This document shows positions 27,246 to 36,718 of a DNA stretch of 64,000 nt, piece by piece. Both the position numbers and the translations under genes were made by a program. The first letter of the stretch is position 1. The number at the start of each line of letters is the position of its first letter. The stretch comes from Escherichia phage vB_EcoM_LNA4: the sequence record MZ311864.1; one strand, 5' to 3'. A model generated the notes under the pieces. It saw only the letters and a program-made list of their open reading frames with translations. It searched no databases and was not told where the DNA came from.

Positions 27246-29054
27246 GTGGCAGATATGACTCAATTTGAACAGGCTGTTGATCAGGTCATCGAAGACTCTG
27301 AACGCCTGCACAAAGTTGTCAACGGAACGGCTTCTGAAACTGTTGTTACTGAAGATGGTAGCACCATCCCAACAGTTCGTAAAGCACTTCTCGACAACTT
27401 ATTTTTCAAGACACCGCCTATTCCTTGGGTAGCCGGGTCTCAGGCAACGGTCTTTAACCAGCTTTACGCATTCAACGGTACAAATGGTATCCAGTGGTGG
27501 TATGCACCTGGTGCAACAGCAACCACCCCTGTAACCCTGCCTGCAAACCCATCTACCAGTGTAAGCTGGAGACTGTATAATGATGCGGCTGCGATGGCTT
27601 CCATCTATGCCCCTATCAACAGCCCGATCCTGACTGGTAACCCGCAGGCACCTACCCCTGCTGCTAACAGCAACAGCACCACGATTGCAACAACAGCCTT
27701 TGTGACAACAGCAATTGCAAGCGCACTGTCCAGCATCTCTGGTGGTAGCGTTACTTTTGCAAACGTAACTGTCTCTGGGGCAACAACACTGAATACCCTT
27801 ACCGTCAACGGCACAACTACGTTAAACGGTCCGGTGAACGCAGACAACTCTACGGGTCGTTTCCAGAACCTGATCTTGACTAAGCAGGCCTCCAGCCTGA
27901 CATTTGTCTACACAGATGCTGCTAACCCGACATTCTTCAAGACACGTCTTGATCCTTACGCGATCCAGACCCATAACCTGCAAACAGACATTATTGTCAA
28001 CGGTACAGTTTCCGCTGATGACACCACAATGTCAATGACGGGTGTTGGTAACAACGTCTTCGATTATGTTTATATTCGCGGTAATAACGCGAAAGATATC
28101 TCTGCTCCACGACTGAAAGTTTCAGGGATGACTGAGGTAGAGAACCTTCACATCACAGGCTCTGTAACTGGTTTAAGCTTCAGTGTAAATGGCTTAGATA
28201 TCAGCCCTAACTCTGTAACAACCACAGCAGGTATCACCGTAGGTTCCGATCTGCAAGTGAACGGGTCTGCAACGCTGGGGAACACCACGGTTTCAAGTCT
28301 TGAAGTGATCAATACCCTGAAGGTAGATGGTTCTACAACGCTTGTTGACTTCACAGCTTCAAGTGGTACAATCACAGGGCCTTTCACTGTCGGGGGACTA
28401 AGCAACCTGAATGGTGGTTTCACTACAGGATCAGCCAACGGTACAATCGGCGGCAACCTTTCTGTAACCGGATCAACAGAGCTTCTTTCTGGTCTGAATG
28501 TAACTGGCGATGTTGCGATCACTGGTAACCTATCAGCGACTGGCGATGTCAACCTGAATAACGGTTCCGGAACAACAACTGTCAACAACCTTGTGATCCA
28601 AGGTACTGTGACAGGGCTTACTGTTGACCTGACCGGACAATCCATCAGTGTGGCATCCTTGACCGCAACAGGATCTGTGACGACAGCAACACTGACTGTT
28701 CAGGATAGTGCAGACCTTCCTAATGCCCGTGTTGGATTCTTGACGCTGGTTGCGGAAGATGTTGAGAGTTCCACTGCGAACTGGACCCCAAGCGGGACAT
28801 CCAACATCTATACGGTTCTGGTTGACGCAGACCTGACAATCGGTGCATGGCCTTCTCCACCTAACGCATTCTCTGCAATGATTTACCTGACGCAGGATGC
28901 AACCGGAGGACACACGGTAACACTCGACCCTAACTATCTGGTGCTTAACAGCGAAACAATTAACCAGACAGCAGGGTCTGTGACTATTCTTCAACTTACC
29001 TACAACGGGGTTGAAGATGGGGTTATCGACACAGTGATTGTTCGTCGTCCATAA
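27246..29054 (+). CDS. long tail fibre protein
   Basis: 602 aa; GTG start with AAGGAG RBS; fibre repeat motif SPILTGNPQAPTPAANSNSTTIATTAFV; Thr/Asn/Gly-rich. Confidence 0.7.
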   Translation: MADMTQFEQAVDQVIEDSERLHKVVNGTASETVVTEDGSTIPTVRKALLDNLFFKTPPIPWVAGSQATVFNQLYAFNGTNGIQWWYAPGATATTPVTLPANPSTSVSWRLYNDAAAMASIYAPINSPILTGNPQAPTPAANSNSTTIATTAFVTTAIASALSSISGGSVTFANVTVSGATTLNTLTVNGTTTLNGPVNADNSTGRFQNLILTKQASSLTFVYTDAANPTFFKTRLDPYAIQTHNLQTDIIVNGTVSADDTTMSMTGVGNNVFDYVYIRGNNAKDISAPRLKVSGMTEVENLHITGSVTGLSFSVNGLDISPNSVTTTAGITVGSDLQVNGSATLGNTTVSSLEVINTLKVDGSTTLVDFTASSGTITGPFTVGGLSNLNGGFTTGSANGTIGGNLSVTGSTELLSGLNVTGDVAITGNLSATGDVNLNNGSGTTTVNNLVIQGTVTGLTVDLTGQSISVASLTATGSVTTATLTVQDSADLPNARVGFLTLVAEDVESSTANWTPSGTSNIYTVLVDADLTIGAWPSPPNAFSAMIYLTQDATGGHTVTLDPNYLVLNSETINQTAGSVTILQLTYNGVEDGVIDTVIVRRP

Positions 29055-29057
29055 TAT

Positions 29058-29088
29058 CAGGGGCTGTCTTCGGACAGCCTTTTCTTTA
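29058..29088 (+). terminator. rho-independent terminator (UUCG loop)
   Basis: GGCTGTC-TTCG-GACAGCC followed by ttttcttt. Confidence 0.75.
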
Positions 29089-29098
29089 GGAGGTTTTA

Positions 29099-30802
29099 AT
29101 GTTTCCTATTCCAAGCCTGTTCCTGCTAATGGCGGGTGGTGGTACAACACCCCTACCTCCTGGCGGGGTGAAAAAGATCGCTTTCTCCAGAGAACAAACA
29201 ACTGGTGTAAAAAGGTCTATGGCTATTCTTCTAACAGACGGAAGACTATACACCCAAGGTGATAACGCGTGGGGTGAATGTGCAGACGGAACAACAAGCC
29301 CGTTCTACGACCACTGGAAACTCGCTGCAAGTAATGTAGCAGATGTTTTCGGTGTTGGGAAGGCTTTTGTAGTAAAATATAATAATGGTGGCTGGCAGTA
29401 TGCGGGGGACCAAGGACAATTTACAGGTGTCACCTCTAACATGATGGCGTGGACAAGTTTCCCATCCTCAATCACAGGGACTGTGAACCTTGCAAACCTC
29501 TCCAGTGTTATTGGTGGGGGTGGTAACACGTTGTGGTTGATGAACAATGGAACGCTGTATGGTAGCGGGTCCAATGCGAATGGGTGCCTTGGGTCAGGAA
29601 ACAGTAACTCAATCTCTATCCCAAGAACCATCAGCACCTCTTGTGTCAGGGCATACGGTCTACAGGCCTGTACTACATACCTCAACAACGTCGGTGTTCC
29701 TCGTGTCTGCGGTTCTCCATACGGGATCAATGGCTCGTTTGTTGCTATTATGAGTTATGCAAACGTAACGTTCCCAGGTGCCACAGGAACAATCTACGCA
29801 AAAGAGTGGATGTGTAACGAATCAAACACCATCGCCATTGCCTCCACCGGGGCATCAGACACAGATCACTATCTGTATACTCGTGGTATCACAACCAGTA
29901 ATGGTGCATACGAGAAAGTTGCCGGGTTTGGGCCTTTCACAACCTTCCGTGTGATCGAGGGCGGTCAGTCAAGATTCTTTATCGCTGATGATGTTTTATA
30001 TGCTCTTGGTGATTCACAGCGTACCCTTGGGCTTGGAGACACCACAACAGCGGTAACTGTGCCGACTGTTATCCCTGTGCCTACCGGGGCAGATTGGGAC
30101 CTTAGCAAGCTGACTTACGTGGCTGACATGAAAGGCGATAACCTGTCACAAGGTGGGACTATCGGGCACTGGATAGTTTATGATGGGAACCTATTCTACA
30201 CTGGGAGCGCAAAAGGATTCTTCGGGACCACAACCTCTGTCGGTAAGTTCACCAACGTTCCAGAGAACTCTTTCGAGGGTATCCGTGCCGACTCTATCAC
30301 AACAGGATCAATTGGCGTGGCGATTGTTGGTACTACGAAACAGCTTACGTGGTCTATTGATCCACCGGGGGCTGAAATCTATGACCTACAGTTTAGCTCA
30401 AGTCATCCAGAGTTTGCAACAATTGATGCGAATGGGCTTATGACCTTCGTTGCTGAGGGGGGTTTTGACATCACCATGACGGCGAAGACAGGGACAAGCG
30501 CAACAACCTTGACAGATACTTCAGGGGGTTATGCTTCAACACTTGGAATGGCTACTGATAGCCTTTCTGCGATGACTGTCGGTGAGACAAAACAGCTTGT
30601 TTATACGGTAACACCAGCGGGTGTTGAGAACCTTGACGGGTACTCTATCTCCTTCTCCAGTGAAGACCCAACGGTTGCGACAGTAAGCTCTACCGGGCTG
30701 ATCACAGCAGTTGCTGATGGTGGGACTCGTATCCATGCGACGGCAGCGGTCCAGACCGTAACAGCAGACGATAGCTCTTATCTGTCAGTGAACGCACCAT
30801 AA
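29099..30802 (+). CDS. RCC1-like repeat protein with two C-terminal Ig-like (Big_2-type) domains
   Basis: 567 aa; repeats like YTQGDNAWGECADG and LYGSGSNANGCLGSG; two similar Ig-like modules at C-terminus; AGGAGG RBS. Confidence 0.55.
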   Translation: MFPIPSLFLLMAGGGTTPLPPGGVKKIAFSREQTTGVKRSMAILLTDGRLYTQGDNAWGECADGTTSPFYDHWKLAASNVADVFGVGKAFVVKYNNGGWQYAGDQGQFTGVTSNMMAWTSFPSSITGTVNLANLSSVIGGGGNTLWLMNNGTLYGSGSNANGCLGSGNSNSISIPRTISTSCVRAYGLQACTTYLNNVGVPRVCGSPYGINGSFVAIMSYANVTFPGATGTIYAKEWMCNESNTIAIASTGASDTDHYLYTRGITTSNGAYEKVAGFGPFTTFRVIEGGQSRFFIADDVLYALGDSQRTLGLGDTTTAVTVPTVIPVPTGADWDLSKLTYVADMKGDNLSQGGTIGHWIVYDGNLFYTGSAKGFFGTTTSVGKFTNVPENSFEGIRADSITTGSIGVAIVGTTKQLTWSIDPPGAEIYDLQFSSSHPEFATIDANGLMTFVAEGGFDITMTAKTGTSATTLTDTSGGYASTLGMATDSLSAMTVGETKQLVYTVTPAGVENLDGYSISFSSEDPTVATVSSTGLITAVADGGTRIHATAAVQTVTADDSSYLSVNAP

Positions 30803-30836
30803 CAAAAAGGCTCCCAATCGGGAGCCTTTCTTTTTA
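30803..30836. terminator. bidirectional rho-independent terminator
   Basis: aaaaa-GGCTCCC-aatc-GGGAGCC-tttctttttat between converging + and - transcription units. Confidence 0.8.
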
Positions 30837-31265
30837 TACAGCGTTCTTTGCTTCGCCGTGTTGCCTGTGCCACTCTTCATGATGAATAGGGCATAGCCAC
30901 ATAACCTCTAAAGGTTTATCATAATCACAATGATGAGCCTGTACATCTTCACTTCCGCAAACCCCACAGGGCTGTTTTAATAGCTTGCCGTCACGGATTG
31001 CGTTACCTGTTTTTATATGCACAGATCTCTTCTTCGGATTCTTCTCAATATACTTCCGTTTTGCACGAGTCGCAGCCTCTTTCCCGATACCTTTAACGTA
31101 TCGCTCTTTCATTGCTTTACGCTCAGGATTTTGGTCCCTTACCCGATCACGCTCTCTGAGACAAACCCTACACGAAGCGGTTAAGCCATCTCTCGATGCT
31201 GCCCTTTTTCCAAACTCTTGCGGGGATTTAAGCTCCCCGCAATTGCTACAATGCTTATAAGTCAT
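30834..31265 (-). CDS. HNH endonuclease
   Basis: 143 aa; Cys pairs and HH motif (CGVCGS...AHHCDYD...WLCPIHHEEWH). Confidence 0.75.
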   Translation of the reverse strand: MTYKHCSNCGELKSPQEFGKRAASRDGLTASCRVCLRERDRVRDQNPERKAMKERYVKGIGKEAATRAKRKYIEKNPKKRSVHIKTGNAIRDGKLLKQPCGVCGSEDVQAHHCDYDKPLEVMWLCPIHHEEWHRQHGEAKNAV

Positions 31266-31270
31266 TGATT

Positions 31271-32407
31271 CTAAAAGGGAATATCGTCATCGAAGTCCAT
31301 TGGGGGAGTGTCGTCGAAGTCAACAGGCGGTGCCTGAACTGTACCGCTCAGAGGCTCCTGTACGGGCTGTGACGGCTTCTGACCTTCTTCCTGTGCAGTT
31401 GCACTAGCATAGGCATAGAACGTCGCTGCAAGGGCATACGCTTCGCGTGTTGCCTTCTCAAGTTCATCTGCGTCGATAGTCTTGCCTTTAACAGCAATTG
31501 TCGTTACAGCAAACTTAACCGCATTGCCAACTGTCTGGCCTACATCCTTACCTTCAACCTCTGACAGTTCTTTAATCAGCTTGGTTGTGACATCATGTAC
31601 CACCTTACCAGCAGCCTCTACATCACCTTTAAAGCCGGAAAGCTTCAGGTTAACGAGGGCATTCATGGCATGACCAGCAGACACACCGACAGGATCATAA
31701 GGTGTACGCTTACCTTTTCCCCCTGCTCCACCACCCTGACCAGCAGGGCCATAGGCCTTGAAGCTGTTGATGATGTTACCAGTTCCCAGATCAACGAATG
31801 CCGCCAGACGACCACCTACAGATACCTCTGCCAGTTGCTCATCAGAGAGAACTACACGACCCTCACCTTGTTTCTCATCGTTCACAACTGCAACGTTGCC
31901 TTCGATAGACAGGATTTCGCCGTAGATCTTAGCACCCTTTCCACCACCAACCTGTGCAGGAGCACTTGACTGCGGAGGTGCGGCATCTGCCGGGGCATCA
32001 ACCAGGATCTTGATGTCCTTCTTCTTACCCTGATAAGAGGTATTGGTTTTGCCGTCTTTCTCATAGGTCTGTTTCTGGACCGGGTAGATGGAGATCTCCG
32101 CACCCGGTAACAGGTCTTTATAGCTACCGTCAGCCTGCTTCACCTGGAACTGGTTTTCGTATTTCAGGTTCTTAACTTCACCTTCACCGAAAGACACAAA
32201 CTCATCAACGCCACCTGCGGTAAGCAGGATAGAGTAACGGTGAGTTGAGGAAATAGTTTTCCCCGCATTAGGACCCTTGTTGATGTGGGTAACCTTGGCA
32301 GAACCATCAGCGTTGATACGCTTGATGAATACACGCTTGATCACGCCTTTAGCTTTCAGTGCAACGGAATCATCAGCCGGGTTCACTACTTCAGTAATTA
32401 CGCTCAT
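31271..32407 (-). CDS. SSB-like replication protein with host-SSB-type acidic C-terminal tail
   Basis: ATG at 32407 with AAGGAG RBS; Gly-rich linker; C-terminus ...VDFDDTPPMDFDDDIPF. Confidence 0.6.
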   Translation of the reverse strand: MSVITEVVNPADDSVALKAKGVIKRVFIKRINADGSAKVTHINKGPNAGKTISSTHRYSILLTAGGVDEFVSFGEGEVKNLKYENQFQVKQADGSYKDLLPGAEISIYPVQKQTYEKDGKTNTSYQGKKKDIKILVDAPADAAPPQSSAPAQVGGGKGAKIYGEILSIEGNVAVVNDEKQGEGRVVLSDEQLAEVSVGGRLAAFVDLGTGNIINSFKAYGPAGQGGGAGGKGKRTPYDPVGVSAGHAMNALVNLKLSGFKGDVEAAGKVVHDVTTKLIKELSEVEGKDVGQTVGNAVKFAVTTIAVKGKTIDADELEKATREAYALAATFYAYASATAQEEGQKPSQPVQEPLSGTVQAPPVDFDDTPPMDFDDDIPF

Positions 32408-32420
32408 TCTCTCTCCTTTA

Positions 32421-32768
32421 TTACTTAGTTTCTTCAGTCTGGGTTTCAGCATTCACACCCAGAAGTCTATCAACAATCAGGTCTTCAACCTGGCTCAACA
32501 GGTTCATCGCGAAGGACGATGCACCGTTCAGTTGCAGCAGGTTGTTACGATGACCACGAACCCATGCTAAAGCCTCTTCAACAGTGCCGTACTGACCACT
32601 GTTGATAACTTTTAGCATTTCATCACGCATACGATCAGACCCGATGAATTGGCTCATCTGAGCGCCAGCGCTTGAAAGGAATACAACAGTTCCAAACTGA
32701 GCCTCATCGAGGTCAAGGAAGTGTAGTTGTTCAGGTTGTTTGTCGATAGGGGTTACTTCTTCAGTCAT
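32421..32768 (-). CDS. hypothetical protein
   Basis: ATG at 32768 with GGAGG RBS; acidic 115 aa. Confidence 0.5.
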   Translation of the reverse strand: MTEEVTPIDKQPEQLHFLDLDEAQFGTVVFLSSAGAQMSQFIGSDRMRDEMLKVINSGQYGTVEEALAWVRGHRNNLLQLNGASSFAMNLLSQVEDLIVDRLLGVNAETQTEETK

Positions 32769-32830
32769 CAATCCTCCATTTATGAGTGAACGGGTATCTT
32801 ACCCGTTTACACTCGGTATGTCAATAGCTT

Positions 32831-33037
32831 TTAGCGATTTTTCTTCAGCTTTTCAATGATGCTCGAAACACCAGCCACCCCAAAAACACCAAGGATGAAG
32901 AGCACGATCACACCAACAATAAAGGCAATACCGAAATAGAGCGGTAGAAGAACAAGCCACCAAGACCAGGTGATCACACCACACAGTTTTAGTGTGATGA
33001 ATACCAGCGCTAATAGCGCCATAAAACCAATTTTCAT
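32831..33037 (-). CDS. small membrane protein (two hydrophobic helices)
   Basis: 68 aa, strongly hydrophobic. Confidence 0.45.
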   Translation of the reverse strand: MKIGFMALLALVFITLKLCGVITWSWWLVLLPLYFGIAFIVGVIVLFILGVFGVAGVSSIIEKLKKNR

Positions 33038-33052
33038 TTTATCTCCCGTAGG

Positions 33053-33274
33053 TTATGAGTGCATCCACGATGGTATGGCTGAAGAGCCACCCATGAATAC
33101 AGTGCCTGAAGCAGCAAATGTGTCCAGTGTGCTATCGAGGCCGTTATCAAAATCAACAGCCTGTGGCTTATGCGTCGTCGCTGGAAGCCCACAACATGAG
33201 CATTCAAGTGTTGATACATAGCCCTCAACCACAGCGTCTGTCTTATGTCCGTGAGGACACCAGAACGATGTCAT
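33053..33274 (-). CDS. small Cys-rich protein
   Basis: ATG at 33274 chosen to avoid overlap; CxxH and CSCCG motifs. Confidence 0.3.
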   Translation of the reverse strand: MTSFWCPHGHKTDAVVEGYVSTLECSCCGLPATTHKPQAVDFDNGLDSTLDTFAASGTVFMGGSSAIPSWMHS

Positions 33275-33279
33275 CTGTT

Positions 33280-33786
33280 TCAATCGCAACTCCCACTGAA
33301 AGAAGAGCTTGAATCGCAAGACGAATACGAGTCGTGACTACTTGATGAATGACTCGGTGTATGATGGGAATACGTGTCGCTGATCGTTGTTGTGTTGATG
33401 AACACAGCATCATCATTTCGACGACGATAACTATCATCATCAGAAACAACACGACTCCGTGGTGGTGCCGGAGGAGCAGGTGGTCGGCTCTTAGACGCAG
33501 TTACTGCCCTCTTCAACTCTTCTGCCTTCAATGGCTTTGCATTGGGTCCAGGAGATGTCTTCGCAGGTGATCGTTCCACAGCAATAGCTTTGGTAACGAT
33601 CTTCTGTTCTGCAACAGTATTCACGGCTTTTGTTGCAATCTCCGAGATCTCTTCCTTTGTCAGGGGAGGGATCTTTGTGACCGTTGTGGTTGTTTGCGAA
33701 ACAAACGTTGTGTTGCCGTTACCGACAGTTACAACCGTGTTGTCGGAAGAAAACAGACTCGCCAACCATTTGAAAAATTTACGCAT
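33280..33786 (-). CDS. hypothetical protein with Ser/Pro-rich low-complexity tail
   Basis: 168 aa ORF. Confidence 0.4.
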   Translation of the reverse strand: MRKFFKWLASLFSSDNTVVTVGNGNTTFVSQTTTTVTKIPPLTKEEISEIATKAVNTVAEQKIVTKAIAVERSPAKTSPGPNAKPLKAEELKRAVTASKSRPPAPPAPPRSRVVSDDDSYRRRNDDAVFINTTTISDTYSHHTPSHSSSSHDSYSSCDSSSSFSGSCD

Positions 33787-34057
33787 AAAATTCCTCCAGT
33801 ACCTTCCAGATTGTGTTCAGTTCCCCGCCAGACATCAGGCTCCAGATCACCATGTCCTGATAACCCTTTCGGCAAACATCCGTCTGACGGAATGCTTTGT
33901 GGAAGCTCGTTGGATTATCCCAATCAACCGGGAGATCGTCAACGTTCTTTTTGAAATAAGAGAGAACGAGTTTCTCTTCCATGTTTGGATTTTCACCCAA
34001 ACTCGCTTCGTACATCTCTACAAACTTCTGCCCGGTACGTTCTGACTTCATAACCAT
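33779..34057 (-). CDS. hypothetical protein
   Basis: 92 aa ORF. Confidence 0.45.
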   Translation of the reverse strand: MVMKSERTGQKFVEMYEASLGENPNMEEKLVLSYFKKNVDDLPVDWDNPTSFHKAFRQTDVCRKGYQDMVIWSLMSGGELNTIWKVLEEFYA

Positions 34058-34419
34058 TCGCCAGTCTCCATTTGTTTTGGTGTCAGGGTTTTAACCTGGT
34101 TGTCGTCAACTGGTGCGAACCCAACCACAGGTTTGAAGCAACGCTCTTTCTGTGCATCGAACACATAGAACGCCTCTACCGCCGCTGGCTTGGTACACGT
34201 TGTCCAGTGACGCTTATACATCCCGTACCCGTCAAGGTATGTTGAAAGGTAGTTAAATAGCGTACCGCCACCACCAACCATAAGTGCAATAGCGATCACA
34301 TAGGTCTTCCATGAAGATCTGAAAGAAATAACCAGCGCCCAGATCAACATCATTACATACATCATAACCGCTGGAACCCAGTTATTGTGCATGGTAAGCC
34401 ATTCCCAAAATCCAATCAT
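34048..34419 (-). CDS. membrane protein
   Basis: 123 aa with 2-3 hydrophobic segments. Confidence 0.45.
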   Translation of the reverse strand: MIGFWEWLTMHNNWVPAVMMYVMMLIWALVISFRSSWKTYVIAIALMVGGGGTLFNYLSTYLDGYGMYKRHWTTCTKPAAVEAFYVFDAQKERCFKPVVGFAPVDDNQVKTLTPKQMETGEWL

Positions 34420-34422
34420 TCC

Positions 34423-34992
34423 TTACCCTCCAAAAGATGAGCGACTGCTCACAGAGCTACCAAAACCACCACGAGAAGATGTGGTGCTACGAGAAACCGT
34501 TGTACGAGGAGACTGCACTGTCGGCTTTGCAGCAGAGCTTGTCACCTTGAACGTTTGACCAGGACGTGCATTGTAGCTACGGAACTTATTGTCCATATAC
34601 TGCCCTGAACGATCCTGATACAGCGGTGCTGAATGATAACCGGAGTTCATGCTGTTACCCATCATGTACCCCATCATCAACGGCATCCATGAAGAACCGC
34701 TGTCTGAACTGCTTGGGTTGTGTCGGCACTGATCACCGAACTCAGCGTAGCAGTCAGAGTAAGTAGCATAGCGTGGCGCTGTTTCATTTGCAACCTTTTC
34801 TGCTTCCTGTCTTGCTGCACGACACTGATCTGGTTTGTGCGTATCTGCAATACACTCATCAACATTTTTGTACATCTTCATGTCGATGTCTGCTTGCTCA
34901 CAACCTGCAACTGTGATTGCTACCGCAAAAGGCAGGGCATAGCGCCCCACCTTCCGGAAAGCATTCTTATTGATATGCTTTGTTCTTTTCAC
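34423..34992 (-). CDS. lipoprotein, YgiB/DUF1190-like
   Basis: Signal peptide with lipobox TVAGC; motifs APRYATYSDCYAEFGDQC, SWMPLMMGYMMG, RGGFGSSV. Confidence 0.45.
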   Translation of the reverse strand: MKRTKHINKNAFRKVGRYALPFAVAITVAGCEQADIDMKMYKNVDECIADTHKPDQCRAARQEAEKVANETAPRYATYSDCYAEFGDQCRHNPSSSDSGSSWMPLMMGYMMGNSMNSGYHSAPLYQDRSGQYMDNKFRSYNARPGQTFKVTSSAAKPTVQSPRTTVSRSTTSSRGGFGSSVSSRSSFGG

Positions 34993-35182
34993 TTATCCAC
35001 CTTTACCTAAACTAACGAGGGCATCACTGCAACCAGTGCGCCTGCGACCATCCCGATAAACATTCCGCCACCAACTAACCAACCAAAATCCCCTGTTCCA
35101 AACTTGAGGCCACCGCAAAATGCTGTAAGCACAGAACAGACAGTGATTAAAAGAAATACACTTATGAATACCAGTACCTGTT

Positions 35183-35890
35183 TCATTTTGATTCCTCTTT
35201 ACGCCACTTGTAAGCACCATACACAGAGTTTAGCAGGAAAGTGACCCACATTGCAAGGTTTGCTGCTCCAGCACCTTCGTGGTGTAACGTCAGGTTAACC
35301 CACATACCTACCGCAACGATATTCACAATGATCCACACATACCACTGTTCAGCATAACGAGTCATCATTAAGTATGTTGCCAGTACAGACAGGATAGCTG
35401 TCGCTGCATCTGGACCTGGAAGTGAGCCTTTCAGCAGGGAGATCCCTTCGGCATACAAACCAATCACAATCAGTGTACTAATACCCACCAACCAACGTTG
35501 TTTTGTGGTCAGATAGTTCTTGATGACATCTGCACGTTCACCGTCAGCAGAAACGTTCAGCTTACGCGCCCAGATAATACCACCAATGACCTGCATAGGG
35601 GTGAATAGGACGGTGTACATGATCGTTTCGCCATACAGTTTATATGTGAATGACACATACGCATACAGCACTGTCGCGATGAAGCCCCAATAGTAGCTGG
35701 AAAGTTTACCTTTCGCAACCAAAATTGCACCGACGATACCTGTCACGGAAGAGATAAACTCCACCATAGTACCACCAGTGACGATAGAAACTGTCGCGAT
35801 GGATGCGGAACAGATCAGAAGCCAGAGGTATTCGAGTTTTGTCCAACCATAGAAGTCTGTCCAGGTTGTTTTTACGTATAGATTCATCAT
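35183..35890 (-). CDS. pnuC: nicotinamide riboside transporter PnuC-like
   Basis: 235 aa polytopic membrane protein; C-terminal LMMTRYAEQWYVWIIVNIVAVGMWV matches PnuC signature region. Confidence 0.75.
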   Translation of the reverse strand: MMNLYVKTTWTDFYGWTKLEYLWLLICSASIATVSIVTGGTMVEFISSVTGIVGAILVAKGKLSSYYWGFIATVLYAYVSFTYKLYGETIMYTVLFTPMQVIGGIIWARKLNVSADGERADVIKNYLTTKQRWLVGISTLIVIGLYAEGISLLKGSLPGPDAATAILSVLATYLMMTRYAEQWYVWIIVNIVAVGMWVNLTLHHEGAGAANLAMWVTFLLNSVYGAYKWRKEESK

Positions 35891-35914
35891 GTAATCTTTT
35901 CTCCTGTGCCTAAT

Positions 35915-36142
35915 TTATAAGGTTACTTGCTCTAACGTTAAAGAGGTTAACCCATATTTTTCTGGTTGTCCAGCAAATTCTTCTTCTGTGTAAGAAAAAG
36001 ACCAGGAACTCCCACGAGCGTCAAACATATCGAACCGTGCAGTGTTCATGTCCGGTGCTTCGATGCAGACGTAGAAGTTGCCGAGAGACATTCCATCCTT
36101 CGTCTGTTGGTTCATCCCGAAGGTGAAGTAGTATTTGTTCAT
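35915..36142 (-). CDS. hypothetical protein
   Basis: 75 aa ORF. Confidence 0.4.
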   Translation of the reverse strand: MNKYYFTFGMNQQTKDGMSLGNFYVCIEAPDMNTARFDMFDARGSSWSFSYTEEEFAGQPEKYGLTSLTLEQVTL

Positions 36143-36387
36143 AGAATGCTCTCCAGCCTTTTCAGAAGCACTTCGATCTTTGGATTCGCTGCACCGTTAC
36201 CGTACAACTTATACTTAAGATCCAGTACAGCGTCAAGCAATTCTGGTGCTGCTGCGATCAGTTTTGCATTTGCACGGGCCTCTTCGTAATCCGTCCCGTA
36301 ACACTTAGCAACCTTCACATCATGCAGAATACCAGTCCCGACTTCTGTGCCGTCATTAGTCCAAGGACCAGGGGAATATTTAACCAT
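36139..36387 (-). CDS. Ead/Ea22-like small protein
   Basis: Motifs SPGPW and ANAKLIAAAPELLDAV. Confidence 0.4.
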   Translation of the reverse strand: MVKYSPGPWTNDGTEVGTGILHDVKVAKCYGTDYEEARANAKLIAAAPELLDAVLDLKYKLYGNGAANPKIEVLLKRLESIL

Positions 36388-36718
36388 TTTGGCTCCTTTG
36401 TTTAGCCCATTCAATTGCCGCAAGTATCACATCGCAATGACATGCTACTTCTTTGTTCGGCTGTTTACAAAAGCATACAAGGTCTTTACCGTCCAAGTCA
36501 AGCAGATCTTGAATAGTTATTTTGCCTGCGCGGATCTGTTGCCATAACCAGACACGATATCTTTCAATTGTGGCCCCACGAGGCTCATCCTTCGACAACT
36601 TATATGGGTTAGCGAATTTAGACTGCTTCAGACCAAGGTGGGGCATTGCTCGCCCCATGTACTCAGCATTCTCAGGTATCACTTTACCGATGTGGTAGAA
36701 GTTGAGCACCTTAGCCAT
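36380..36718 (-). CDS. DUF4326-like protein
   Basis: 112 aa; pattern FYHIGKV...YMGR...NPY...ERYRVWL...GKDLVCFC...CHCDV. Confidence 0.45.
   Translation of the reverse strand: MAKVLNFYHIGKVIPENAEYMGRAMPHLGLKQSKFANPYKLSKDEPRGATIERYRVWLWQQIRAGKITIQDLLDLDGKDLVCFCKQPNKEVACHCDVILAAIEWAKQRSQNG

Noticed and set aside
31271-32452. Long form of the SSB-like ORF starting at 32452
   Set aside because: Internal ATG at 32407 has an AAGGAG RBS and avoids overlap with the upstream gene.
33349-34045. Plus-strand ORFs of 73, 167 and 86 aa in the early region
   Set aside because: Antisense to tightly packed minus-strand genes; no RBS; likely spurious.
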